A DNA stretch of 64,000 nucleotides from Nemertoderma westbladi (Eukaryota > Animalia > Xenacoelomorpha), in contig JAUCBJ010008363.1 of assembly GCA_032718475.1 (NCBI GenBank), positions 62,001 to 126,000 on the forward strand. The letters run 5' to 3'. The stretch's first letter is position 1. Every line of letters starts with the position of its first letter. The translations under genes were made by a program, and so were the position numbers. Below are positions 12,201 through 27,200 of the stretch, piece after piece. The notes beneath the pieces were generated by a model that did no database searches, was not told the origin of the DNA, and saw nothing but the letters and a program-made list of their open reading frames with translations.

Positions 12201-15200
12201 TCAAAAAAGGGGTGTTCCAACGCAATCAAAATTCATCCATCTCCAGGGGAAAGACGAAGCAAAGAACAGCTGATTACTTCGATAAATGTAAGTGTTACCT
12301 GTTCTTTTGACTTTCATTTAAGATTCTTTATCTTGTGGAGAGGGTTAGAAGTCATGAATATGAAAATCGATGTCGTTTTTTGTAAAAAATCAGAGGAGAT
12401 TTTAATAAATTATTGCTGAAAAACACCAAGGATTTTGACAAGGATTTAATACTCATTATATTCATGAAATAGCTAAGAAATTTGAGGTGAATTATTGTAT
12501 CACATATTAACTTCGGCTCCAGCCGCTTTGGCAATACGATGAAACTATAATAAATATTCTAGAATACAACAATATTAACAGGGAGATAGGCTACTTATCT
12601 CTTCACTCTGAGAGCCTCAAAAACGGGGTGTTCCGACGCAATCAAATTTCATCCATCTCCAGGGGAAAGACGATGCAAAGAACAGCTGATTACTTCTATA
12701 AATGTAAGTGTTACCTGTTCTTTTGACTTTCATTTAAGATTCGCTATCTCATGGAGTGGGTTAGAAGTTATAAATATGAAAATCGATGTGGTTTTTGAAA
12801 AAATCAAAGGATATTTGGTTAATTATTGCTGAAAAACACCAAGGATTTTGACATGGCTTTAATACTTCATTATGTTCATGAAAAACTGAGATATTTGAGG
12901 TGAATTATTGCATTACATAATAACTTTAACTCCAGCCACATTAGCAATACGATGAAACTATAATAAATATTCTAGAACACAATAATATTAACAAGGATAT
13001 AGGTTACTTATCTCTTCACTCTGAGAGCCTCAAAAAAAGGGTGTTCCAACGCAATCAAAATTCATCCATCTCCAGGGGAAAGACGAAGCAAAGAACAGCT
13101 GATTACTTCGATAAATGTAAGTGTTACCTGATCTTTTGACTTTCATTTAAGATTCTTTATCTTGTTGAGTGGGTTAGAAGTCATGAATATGAAAATCGAT
13201 GTCGTTTTTTGTAAAAAATCAGAGGAGATTTTAATAAATTATTGCTGAAAAACACCAAGGATTTTGACAAGGATTTAATACTCATTATATTCATGAAATA
13301 GCTAAGAAATTTGAGGTGTATTATTGTATCACATATTAACTTCGGCTCCAGCCGCTTTGGCAATACGATGAAACTATAATAAATATTCTAGAATACAACA
13401 ATATTAACAGGGAGATAGGCTACTTATCTCTTCACTCTGAGAGCCTCAAAAACGGGGTGTTCCGACGCAATCAAATTTCATCCATCTCCAGGGGAAAGAC
13501 GATGCAAAGAACAGCTGATTACTTCTATAAATGTAAGTGTTACCTGTTCTTTTGACTTTCATTTAAGATTCGCTATCTCATGGAGTGGGTTAGAAGTTAT
13601 AAATATGAAAATCGATGTGGTTTTTGAAAAAAAATCAGAGGATATTTTAACGCAATCAAAATTCATCCATCTCCAGGGGAAAGACGAAGCAAAGAACAGC
13701 TGATTACTTCGATAAATGTAAGTGTTACCTGTTCTTTTGACTTTCATTTAAGATTCATTATTTTGTGGAGTGGGTTAGAAGTCATGAATATGAAAATCGA
13801 TGTCGTTTTTTGTAAAAAATCAGAGGAGATTTTAATTAATTATTGCTGAAAAACACCAAGGATTTTGACAAGGATTTGATACTCATTATATTCATGAAAT
13901 AGCTGAGAAATTTGAGGTGAATTATTGCATTACATAATAACTTTAACTCCTGCCACATTAGCAATACGATGAAACTATAATAAATATTCTAGAACACAAC
14001 AATATTAATTAACAGGGATATAGGCTACTTATCTCTTCACTCTGAGAGCCTCAAAAAAGGGGTGTTCCGACGCAATCAAAATTCATCCATCTCCAGGGGA
14101 AAGACGATGCAAAGAACAGCTGATTACTTCTATAAATGTAAGTGTTACCTGTTCTTTTGATTTCCATTAAAGATTTGCTATCTCATGGAGTGGGTTAGAA
14201 GTTATAAATATGAAAATCGATGTGGTTTTTGAAAAAAATCAAAGGATATTTTGATTAATTATTGCTGAAAAACACCAAGGATTTTGACATGGCTTTAATA
14301 CTTCATTATGTTCATGAAAAAACTGAGATATTTGAGGTGAATTATTGCATTACATAATAACTTTAACTCCAGCCACATTAGCAATACGATGAAACTATAA
14401 TAAATATTCTAGAACACAACAATATTAACAGGGAGATAGGCTACTTATCTCTTCACTCTGAGAGCCTCAAAAACGGGGTGTTCCGACGCAATCAAATTTC
14501 ATCCATCTCCAGGGGAAAGACGCAGCAAAGAACAGCTGATTACTTCGATAAATATAAGTGTTACCTGTTCTTTTGACTTTCATTTAAGATTCTTTATCTT
14601 GTGGAGTGGGTTAGAAGTCATGAATATGAAAATCGATGTCGTTTTTTGTAAAAAATCAGAGGAGATTTTAATAAATTATTGCTGAAAAACACCAAGGATT
14701 TTGACAAGGATTTAATACTCATTATATTCATGAAATAGCTAAGAAATTTGAGGTGAATTATTGTATCACATATTAACTTCGGCTCCAGCCGCTTTGGCAA
14801 TACGATGAAACTATAATAAATATTCTAGAATACAACAATATTAACAGGGAGATAGGCTACTTATCTCTTCACTCTGAGAGCCTCAAAAACGGGGTGTTCC
14901 GACGCAATCAAATTTCATCCATCTCCAGGGGAAAGACGATGCAAAGAACAGCTGATTACTTCTATAAATGTAAGTGTTACCTGTTCTTTTGACTTTCATT
15001 TAAGATTCGCTATCTCATGGAGTGGGTTAGAAGTTATAAATATGAAAATCGATGTGGTTTTTGAAAAAAATCAAAGGATATTTGGTTAATTATTGCTGAA
15101 AAACACCAAGGATTTTGACATGGCTTTAATACTTCATTATGTTCATGAAAAACTGAGATATTTGAGGTGAATTATTGCATTACATAATAACTTTAACTCC

Positions 15201-18200
15201 AGCCACATTAGCAATACGATGAAACTATAATAAAAATTCTAGAACACAATAATATTAACAAGGATATAGGTTACTTATCTCTTCACTCTGAGAGCCTCAA
15301 AAAAAGGGTGTTCCAACGCAATCAAAATTCATCCATCTCCAGGGGAAAGACGAAGCAAAGAACAGCTGATTACTTCGATAAATGTAAGTGTTACCTGATC
15401 TTTTGACTTTCATTTAAGATTCTTTATCTTGTGGAGTGGGTTAGAAGTCATGAATATGAAAATCGATGTCGTTTTTTGTAAAAAATCAGAGGAGATTTTA
15501 ATAAATTATTGCTGAAAAACACCAAGGATTTTGACAAGGATTTAATACTCATTATATTCATGAAATAGCTAAGAAATTTGAGGTGAATTATTGTATCACA
15601 TATTAACTTCGGCTCCAGCCGCTTTGGCAATACGATGAAACTATAATAAATATTCTAGAATACAACAATATTAACAGGGAGATAGGCTACTTATCTCTTC
15701 ACTCTGAGAGCCTCAAAAACGGGGTGTTCCGACGCAATCAAATTTCATCCATCTCCAGGGGAAAGACGATGCAAAGAACAGCTGATTACTTCTATAAATG
15801 TAAGTGTTACCTGTTCTTTTGACTTTCATTTAAGATTCGCTATCTCATGGAGTGGGTTAGAAGTTATAAATATGAAAATCGATGTGGTTTTTGAAAAAAA
15901 ATCAGAGGATATTTTAACGCAATCAAAATTCATCCATCTCCAGGGGAAAGACGAAGCAAAGAACAGCTGATTACTTCGATAAATGTAAGTGTTACCTGTT
16001 CTTTTGACTTTCATTTAAGATTCATTATTTTGTGGAGTGGGTTAGAAGTCATGAATATGAAAATCGATGTCGTTTTTTGTAAAAAATCAGAGGAGATTTT
16101 AATTAATTATTGCTGAAAAACACCAAGGATTTTGACAAGGATTTGATACTCATTATATTCATGAAATAGCTGAGAAATTTGAGGTGAATTATTGCATTAC
16201 ATAATAACTTTAACTCCTGCCACATTAGCAATACGATGAAACTATAATAAATATTCTAGAACACAACAATATTAATTAACAGGGATATAGGCTACTTATC
16301 TCTTCACTCTGAGAGCCTCAAAAAAGGGGTGTTCCGACGCAATCAAAATTCATCCATCTCCAGGGGAAAGACGATGCAAAGAACAGCTGATTACTTCTAT
16401 AAATGTAAGTGTTACCTGTTCTTTTGATTTCCATTAAAGATTTGCTATCTCATGGAGTGGGTTAGAAGTTATAAATATGAAAATCGATGTGGTTTTTGAA
16501 AAAAATCAAAGGATATTTTGATTAATTATTGCTGAAAAACACCAAGGATTTTGACATGGCTTTAATACTTCATTATGTTCATGAAAAAACTGAGATATTT
16601 GAGGTGAATTATTGCATTACATAATAACTTTAACTCCAGCCACATTAGCAATACGATGAAACTATAATAAATATTCTAGAACACAACAATATTAACAGGG
16701 AGATAGGCTACTTATCTCTTCACTCTGAGAGCCTCAAAAACGGGGTGTTCCGACGCAATCAAATTTCATCCATCTCCAGGGGAAAGACGCAGCAAAGAAC
16801 AGCTGATTACTTCGATAAATATAAGTGTTACCTGTTCTTTTGACTTTCATTTAAGATTCTTTATCTTGTGGAGTGGGTTAGAAGTCATGAATATGAAAAT
16901 CGATGTCGTTTTTTGTAAAAAATCAGAGGAGATTTTAACGCAATCAAAATTCATCCATCTCCAGGGGAAAGACGAAGCAAAGAACAGCTGATTACTTCGA
17001 TAAATGTAAGTGTTACCTGTTCTTTTGACTTTCATTTAAGATTCATTATTTTGTGGAGTGGGTTAGAAGTCATGAATATGAAAATCGATGTCGTTTTTTG
17101 TAAAAAATCAGAGGAGATTTTAATTAATTATTGCTGAAAAACACCAAGGATTTTGACAAGGATTTGATACTCATTATATTCATGAAATAGCTGAGAAATT
17201 TGAGGTGAATTATTGCATTACATAATAACTTTAACTCCTGCCACATCAGCAATACGATGAAACTATAATAAATATTCTAGAACACAACAATATTAATTAA
17301 CAGGGATATAGGCTACTTATCTCTTCACTCTGAGAGCCTCAAAAAAGGGGTGTTCCGACGCAATCAAAATTCATCCATCTCCAGGGGAAAGACGATGCAA
17401 AGAACAGCTGATTACTTCTATAAATGTAAGTGTTACCTGTTCTTTTGATTTTCATTAAAGATTTGCTATCTCATGGAGTGGGTTAGAAGTTATAAATATG
17501 AAAATCGATGTGGTTTTTGAAAAAAATCAAAGGATATTTTGATTAATTATTGCTGAAAAACACCAAGGATTTTGACATGGCTTTAATACTTCATTATGTT
17601 CATGAAAAAACTGAGATATTTGAGGTGAATTATTGCATTACATAATAACTTTAACTCCAGCCACATTAGCAATACGATGAAACTATAATAAATATTCTAG
17701 AACACAACAATATTAACAGGGAGATAGGCTACTTATCTCTTCACTCTGAGAGCCTCAAAAACGGGGTGTTCCGACGCAATCAAATTTCATCTATCTCCAG
17801 GGGAAAGACGCAGCAAAGAACAGCTGATTACTTCGATAAATGTAAGTGTTACCTGTTCTTTTGACTTTCATTTAAGATTCTTTATCTTGTGGAGTGGGTT
17901 AGAAGTCATGAATATGAAAATCGATGTCGTTTTTTGTAAAAAATCAGAGGAGATTTTAACGCAATCAAAATTCATCCATCTCCAGGGGAAAGACGAAGCA
18001 AAGAACAGCTGATTACTTCGATAAATGTAAGTGTTACCTGTTCTTTTGACTTTCATTTAAGATTCATTATTTTGTGGAGTGGGTTAGAAGTCATGAATAT
18101 GAAAATCGATGTCGTTTTTTGTAAAAAATCAGAGGAGATTTTAATTAATTATTGCTGAAAAACACCAAGGATTTTGACAAGGATTTAATACTCATTATAT

Positions 18201-21200
18201 TCATGAAATAGCTGAGAAATTTGAGGTTAATTATTGCATTACATAATAACTTTAACTCCTGCCACATTAGCAATACGATGAAACTATAATAAATATTCTA
18301 GAACACAACAATATTAACAGGGATATAGGCTACTTATCTCTTCACTCTGAGAGCCTCAAAAAAGGGGTGTTCCGACGCAATCAAAATTCATCCATCTCCA
18401 GATGAAAGACGATGCAAAGAACAGCTGATTACTTCTATAAATGTAAGTGTTACCTGTTCTTTTGATTTTCATTAAAGATTCGCTATCTCATGGAGTGGTT
18501 TAGAAGTTATAAATATGAAAATCGATGTGGTTTTTGAAAAAAATCAAAGGATATTTTGATTAATTATTGCTGAAAAACACCAAGGATTTTGACATGGCTT
18601 TAATACTTCATTATGTTTATGAAAAAACTGAGATAATTGAGGTGAATTATTGCATTACATAATAACTTTAACTCCAGCCACATTAGCATTACGATTAAAC
18701 AATAATAAATATTCTAGAACACAACAATATTAACAAGGATAAAGGTTACTTATCTCTTCACTCTGAGAGCCTCAAAAAAAGGGGTGTTCCAACGCAATCA
18801 AAATTCATCCATCTCCAGGGGAAAGACGAAGCAAAGAACAGCTGATTACTTCGATAAATGTAAGTGTTACCTGTTCTTTTGACTTTCATTTAAGATTCTT
18901 TATCTTGTGGAGTGGGTTAGAAGTCATGAATATGAAAATCGATGTCGTTTTTTGTAAAAAATCAGAGGAGATTTTAATAAATTATTGCTGAAAAACACCA
19001 AGGATTTTGACAAGGATTTAATACTCATTATATTCATGAAATAGCTAAGAAATTTGAGGTGAATTATTGTATCACATATTAACTTCGGCTCCAGCCGCTT
19101 TGGCAATACGATGAAACTATAATAAATATTCTAGAATACAACAATATTAACAGGGAGATAGGCTACTTATCTCTTCACTCTGAGAGCCTCAAAAACGGGG
19201 TGTTCCGACGCAATCAAATTTCATCCATCTCCAGGGGAAAGACGATGCAAAGAACAGCTGATTACTTCTATAAATGTAAGTGTTACCTGTTCTTTTGACT
19301 TTCATTTAAGATTCGCTATCTCATGGAGTGGGTTAGAAGTTATAAATATGAAAATCGATGTGGTTTTTGAAAAAAATCAAAGGATATTTGGTTAATTATT
19401 GCTGAAAAACACCAAGGATTTTGACATGGCTTTAATACTTCATTATGTTCATGAAAAACTGAGATATTTGAGGTGAATTATTGCATTACATAATAACTTT
19501 AACTCCAGCCACATTAGCAATACGATGAAACTATAATAAATATTCTAGAACACAATAATATTAACAAGGATATAGGTTACTTATCTCTTCACTCTGAGAG
19601 CCTCAAAAAAGGGTGTTCCAACGCAATCAAAATTCATCCATCTCCAGGGGAAAGACGAAGCAAAGAACAGCTGATTACTTCGATAAATGTAAGTGTTACC
19701 TGATCTTTTGACTTTCATTTAAGATTCTTTATCTTGTGGAGTGGGTTAGAAGTCATGAATATGAAAATCGATGTCGTTTTTTGTAAAAAATCAGAGGAGA
19801 TTTTAATAAATTATTGCTGAAAAACACCAAGGATTTTGACAAGGATTTAATACTCATTATATTCATGAAATAGCTAAGAAATTTGAGGTGAATTATTGTA
19901 TCACATATTAACTTCGGCTCCAGCCGCTTTGGCAATACGATGAAACTATAATAAATATTCTAGAATACAACAATATTAACAGGGAGATAGGCTACTTATC
20001 TCTTCACTCTGAGAGCCTCAAAAACGGGGTGTTCCGACGCAATCAAATTTCATCCATCTCCAGGGGAAAGACGATGCAAAGAACAGCTGATTACTTCTAT
20101 AAATGTAAGTGTTACCTGTTCTTTTGATTTCCATTAAAGATTCGCTATCTCATGGAGTGGGTTAGAAGTTATAAATATGAAAATCGATGTGGTTTTTGAA
20201 AAAAAATCAGAGGATATTTTAACGCAATCAAAATTCATCCATCTCCAGGGGAAAGACGAAGCAAAGAACAGCTGATTACTTCGATAAATGTAAGTGTTAC
20301 CTGTTCTTTTGACTTTCATTTAAGATTCATTATTTTGTGGAGTGGGTTAGAAGTCATGAATATGAAAATCGATGTCGTTTTTTGTAAAAAATCAGAGGAG
20401 ATTTTAATTAATTATTGCTGAAAAACACCAAGGATTTTGACAAGGATTTGATACTCATTATATTCATGAAATAGCTGAGAAATTTGAGGTGAATTATTGC
20501 ATTACAATACATAATAACTTTAACTCCTGCCACATTAGCAATACGATGAAACTATAATAAATATTCTAGAACACAACAATATTAATTAACAGGGATATAG
20601 GCTACTTATCTCTTCACTCTGAGAGCCTCAAAAAAGGGGTGTTCCGACGCAATCAAAATTCATCCATCTCCAGGGGAAAGACGATGCAAAGAACAGCTGA
20701 TTACTTCTATAAATGTAAGTGTTACCTGTTCTTTTGATTTCCATTAAAGATTTGCTATCTCATGGAGTGGGTTAGAAGTTATAAATATGAAAATCGATGT
20801 GGTTTTTGAAAAAAATCAAAGGATATTTTGATTAATTATTGCTGAAAAACACCAAGGATTTTGACATGGCTTTAATACTTCATTATGTTCATGAAAAAAC
20901 TGAGATATTTGAGGTGAATTATTGCATTACATAATAACTTTAACTCCAGCCACATTAGCAATACGATGAAACTATAATAAATATTCTAGAACACAACAAT
21001 ATTAACAGGGAGATAGGCTACTTATCTCTTCACTCTGAGAGCCTCAAAAACGGGGTTTTCCGACGCAATCAAATTTCATCCATCTCCAGGGGAAAGACGA
21101 AGCAAAGGACAGCTGATTACTTCGATAAATTTAAGTGTTACCTGTTCTTTTGACTTTCATTTAAGATTCATTATTTTGTGGAGTGGGTAAGAAGTCATGA

Positions 21201-24200
21201 ATATGAAAATCGATGTCGTTTTTTGTAAAAAATTAGAGGAGATTTTAATAAATTATTGCTGAAAAACACCAAGGATTTTGACATGGCTTTAATACTTCAT
21301 TATGTTTATGAAAAACTGAGATATTTGAGGTGAATTATTGCATTACATAATAACTTTAACTCCAGCCACATTAGCAATACGATGAAACTATAATAAATAT
21401 TCTAGAACACAACAATATTAACAAGGATATAGGTTACTTATCTCTTCACTCTGAGAGCCTCAAAAATAGGGTGTTCCAACGCAATCAAAATTCATCCATC
21501 TCCAGGGGAAATACGAAGCAAAGAACAGCTGATTACTTCGATAAATGTAAGTGTTACCTGTTCTTTTGACTTTCATTTAAGATTCTTTATCTTGTGGAGT
21601 GGGTTAGAAGTCATGAATATGAAAATCGATGTCGTTTTTTGTAAAAAATCAGAGGAGATTTTAATAAATTATTGCTGAAAAACACCAAGGATTTTGACAA
21701 GGATTTAATACTCATTATATTCATGAAATAGCTGAGAAATTTGAGGTGAATTATTGCATTACATAATAACTTTAACTCCAGCCACATTAGCAATACGATG
21801 AAACTATAATAAATATTCTAGAACACAACAATATTAACAGGGATATAGGCTACTTATCTCTTCACTCTGAGAGCCTCAAAAAAGGGGTGTTCCGACGCAA
21901 TCAAAATTCATCCATCTCCAGGGGAAAGACGATGCAAAGAACAGCTGATTACTTCGATAAATGTAAGTGTTACATGTTCTTTTGACTTTCATTTAAGATT
22001 CTTTATCTTGTGGAGTGGGTTAGAAGTCATGAATATGAAAATCGGTGTCGTTTTTTGTAAAAAATCAGAGGAGATTTTAATAAATTATTGCTGAAAAACA
22101 CCAAGGATTATGACAAGGATTTAATACTCATTATATTCATGAAATAGCTGAGAAATTTGAGGTGAATTATTGCATTACATAATAACTTTAACTCCAGCCA
22201 CATTAGCAATACGATGAAACTATAATAAATATTCTAGAACACAACAATATTAACAGGGATATAGGCTACTTATCTCTTCACTCTGAGAGCCTCAAAAACG
22301 GGGTGTTCCGACGCAATCAAATTTCATCCATCTCCAGGGGAAAGACGATGCAAAGAACAGCTGATTACTTCTATAAATGTAAGTGTTACCTGTTCTTTTG
22401 ACTTTCATTTAAGATTCGCTATCTCATGGAGTGGGTTAGAAGTTATAAATATGAAAATCGATGTGGTTTTTGAAAAAAATCAATGGATATTTTGATTAAT
22501 TATTGCTGAAAAACACCAAGGATTTTGACATGGCTTTAATACTTCATTATGTTTATGAAAAAACTGAGATATTTGAGGTGAATTATTGCATTACATAATA
22601 ACTTTAACTCCAGCCACATTAGCAATACGATGAAACTATAATAAATATTCTAGAACACAACAATATTAACAACGATATAGGTTACTTATCTCTTCACTCT
22701 GAGAGCCTCAGAAAAGGGGTGTTCCAACGCAATCAAAATTCATCCATCTCCAGGGGAAAGACGAAGCAAAGAACAGCTGATTACTTCGATAAATGTAAGT
22801 GTTACCTGTTCTTTTGACTTTCATTTAAGATTCATTATTTTGTAGAGTGGGTTAGAAGTCATGAATATGAAAATCGATGTCGTTTTTTGTAAAAAATCAG
22901 AGGAGATTTTAATAAATTATTGCTGAAAAACACCAAGGATTTTGACAAGGATTTAATACTCATTATATTCATGAAATAGCTGAGAAATTTGAGGTGAATT
23001 ATTGCATTACATAACAACTTTAACTCCAGCCACATTTGCAATACGATGAAACTATAATAAATATTCTAGAACACAACAATATTAACAGGGATATAGGCTA
23101 CTTATCTCTTCACTCTGAGAGCCTCAAAAAAGGGGTGTTCCGACGCAATCAAAATTCAACCATCTCCAGGGGAAAGACGATGCAAAGAACAGCTGATTAC
23201 TTCTATAAATGTAAGTGTTACCTGTTCTTTTGATTTTAATTTAAGATTCGCTATCTCATGGAGTGGGTTAGAAGTTATAAATATGAAAATCGATGTGGTT
23301 TTTGAAAAAAATCAAAGGATATTTTTATTAATTATTGCTGAAAAACACCAAGGATTTTGACATGGCTTTAATACTTCATTATGTTCATGAAAAAACTGAG
23401 ATATTTGAGGTGAATTATTACATTACATAATAACTTTAACTCCAGCCACATTAGCAATACGATGAAACTATAATAAATATTCCAGAACACAACAATATTA
23501 ACAGGGAGATAGGCTACTTATCTCTTCACTCTGAGAGCCTCAAAAACGGGGTGTTCCGACGCAATCAAATTTCATCCATCTCCAGGGGAAAGACGATGCA
23601 AAGAACAGCTGATCACTTCTATAAATGTAAGTGTTACTTGTTCTTTTGACTTTCGTTTAAGATTGTCTATCTCTTGGAGTGGGTTAGAAGACATGAATAT
23701 GAAAATCAATGTCGTTTTTTGTAAAAAATCAGAGGAGATTTTAATAAATTATTGCTGAAAAACACCAAGGATTTTGACAAGGATTTAATACTCATTATAT
23801 TCATGAAATAGCTGAGATATTTGAGGTGAATTATTGCATTACATAATAACTTTAACTCCAGCCACATTAGCAATACGATGAAACTATAATAAATATTCTA
23901 GAACACAACAATATTAACAGGGATATAGGCTACTTATCTCTTCACTCTGAGAGCCTCAAAAAAGGGGTGTTCCGACGCAATCAAAATTCATCCATCTCCA
24001 GGGGAAAGACGATGCAAAGACCAGCTGATTACTTCTATAAATGTAAGTGTTACCTGTTCTTTTGATTTTCATTTAAGATTCGCTATCTCATGGAGTGGGT
24101 TAGAAGTTATAAATATGAAAATCGATGTGGTTTTTGAAAAAAATCAAAGGATATTTTGATTAATTATTGCTGAAAAACACCAAGGATTTTGACATGGCTT

Positions 24201-27200
24201 TAATACTTCATTATGTTCATGAAATAGCTGAGATACTTGAGGTGAATTGTTGCATTACATAATAACTTTAACTCCAGCCACATTAGCAATACGATGAAAC
24301 TATAATAAATATTCTAGAACACAACAATATTAACAGGGAGATAGGCTACTTATCTCTTCACTCTGAGAGCCTCAAAAACGGAGTGTTCCGACGCAATAAA
24401 ATTTCATCCATCTCCAGGGGAAAGACGATGCAAAGAACAGCTAATTACTTCTATAAATGTAAGTGTTACCTGTTCTTTTGACTTTCATTTAAGATTCGCT
24501 ATCTCATGGAGTGGGTTAGAAGTTATAAATATGAAAATCGATGTGGTTTTTGAAAAAAATCAAAGGATATTTTGATTAATTATTGCTGAAAAACACCAAG
24601 GATTTTGACATGGCTTTAATACTTCATTATGTTCATGAAAAAACTGACATATTTGAGGTGAATTATTGCATTACATAATAACTTTAACTCCAGCCACATT
24701 AGCAATACGATGAAACTATAATAAATATTCTAGAACACAACAATATTAACAGGGAGATAGGCTACTTATCTCTTCACTCTGAGAGCCTCAAAAACGGGGT
24801 GTTCCGACGCAATCAAATTTCATCCATCTCCAGGGGAAAGACGATGCAAAGAACAGCTGATTACTTCTATAAATGTAAGTGTTACCTGTTCTTTAGACTT
24901 TCATTTAAGATTCTTTATCTTGTGGAGTGGGTTAGAAGTCATGAATATGAAAATCGATGTCGTTTTTTGTAAAAAATCAGAGGAGATTTTAACGCAATCA
25001 AAATTCATCCATCTCCAGGGGAAAGACGAAGCAAAGAACAGCTGATTACTTCGATAAATGTAAGTGTTACCTGTTCTTTTGACTTTCATTTAAGATTCAT
25101 TATTTTGTGGAGTGGGTTAGAAGTCATGAATATGAAAATCAATGTCGTTTTTTGTAAAAAATCAGAGGAGATTTTAATAAATTATTGCTGAAAAACACCA
25201 AGGATTTTGACAAGGATTTAATACTCATTATATTCATGAAATAGCTGAGAAATTTGAGGTGAATTATTGCATTACATAATAACTTTAACTCCTGCCACAT
25301 TAGCAATTCGATGAAACTATAATAAATATTCTAGAACACAACAATATTAACAGAGATATAGGCTACTTATCTCTTCACTCTGAGAGCCTCAAAAAAGGGG
25401 TGTTCCGACGCAATCAAATTTCATCCATCTCCAGGGGAAAGACGATGCAAAGAACAGCTGATTACTTCTATAAATGTAAGTGTTACCTGTTCTTTAGACT
25501 TTCATTTAAGATTCTTTATCTTGTGGAGTGGGTTAGAAGTCATGAATATGAAAATCGATGTCGTTTTTTGTAAAAAATCAGAGGAGATTTTAACGCAATC
25601 AAAATTCATCCATCTCCAGGGGAAAGACGAAGCAAAGAACAGCTGATTACTTCGATAAATGTAAGTGTTACCTGTTCTTTTGACTTTCATTTAAGATTCA
25701 TTATTTTGTGGAGTGGGTTAGAAGTCATGAATATGAAAATCAATGTCGTTTTTTGTAAAAAATCAGAGGAGATTTTAATAAATTATTGCTGAAAAACACC
25801 AAGGATTTTGACAAGGTTTTAATACTCATTATATTCATGAAATAGCTGAGAAATTTGAGGTGAATTATTGCATTACATAATAACTTTAACTCCTGCCACA
25901 TTAGCAATACGATGAAACTATAATAAATATTCTAGAACACAACAATATTAACAGGGATATAGGCTACTTATCTCTTCACTCTGAGAGCCTCAAAAAAGGG
26001 GTGTTCCGACGCAATCAAAATTTATCCATCTCCAGGGGAAAGACGATGCAAAGAACAGCTGATTACTTCTATAAATGTAAGTGTTACCTGTTCTTTTGAT
26101 TTTCATTAAAGATTCGCTATCTCATGGAGTGGGTTAGAAGTTATAAATATGAAAATCGATGTGGTTTTTGAAAAAAATTAAAGGATATTTTGATTAATTA
26201 TTGCTGAAAAACACCAAGGATTTTGACATGGCTTTAATACTTCATTATGTTCATGAAAAAACTGAGATATTTGAGGTGAATTATTGCATTACATAATAAC
26301 TTTAACTCCAGCCACATTAGCAATACGATGAAACTATAATAAATATTCTAGAACACAACAATATTAACAGGGAGATAGGCAACTTATCTCTTCACTCTGA
26401 GAGCCTCAAAAACGGGGTGTTCCGACGCAATCAAATTTCATCTATCTCCAGGGGAAAGACGCAGCAAAGAACAGCTGATTACTTCGATAAATGTAAGTGT
26501 TACCTGTTCTTTAGACTTTCATTTAAGATTCGCTATCTCATGGAGTGGGTTAGAAGTTATAAATATGAAAATCGATGTGGTTTTTTAAAAAAATCAAAGG
26601 ATATTTTGATTAATTATTGCTGAAAAACACCAAGGATTTTGACATGGCTTTAATACTTCATTATGTTCATGAAAAAACTGAGATATTTGAGGTGAATTAT
26701 TGCATTACATAATAACTTTAACTCCAGCCACATTAGCAATACGATGAAACTATAATAAATATTCTAGAACACAACAATATTAACAGGGAGATAGGCTACT
26801 TATCTCTTCACTCTGAGAGCCTCAAAAACGGGGTGTTCCGACGCAATCAAATTTCATCCATCTCCAGGGGAAAGACGATGCAAAGAACAGCTGATTACTT
26901 CTATAAATGTAAGTGTTACCTGTTCTTTAGACTTTCATTTAAGATTCTTTATCTTGTGGAGTGGGTTAGAAGTCATGAATATGAAAATCGATGTCGTTTT
27001 TTGTAAAAAATCAGAGGAGATTTTAACGCAATCAAAATTCATCCATCTCCAGGGGAAAGACGAAGCAAAGAACAGCTGATTACTTCGATAAATGTAAGTG
27101 TTACCTGTTCTTTTGACTTTCATTTAAGATTCATTATTTTGTGGAGTGGGTTAGAAGTCATGAATATGAAAATCAATGTCGTTTTTTGTAAAAAATCAGA

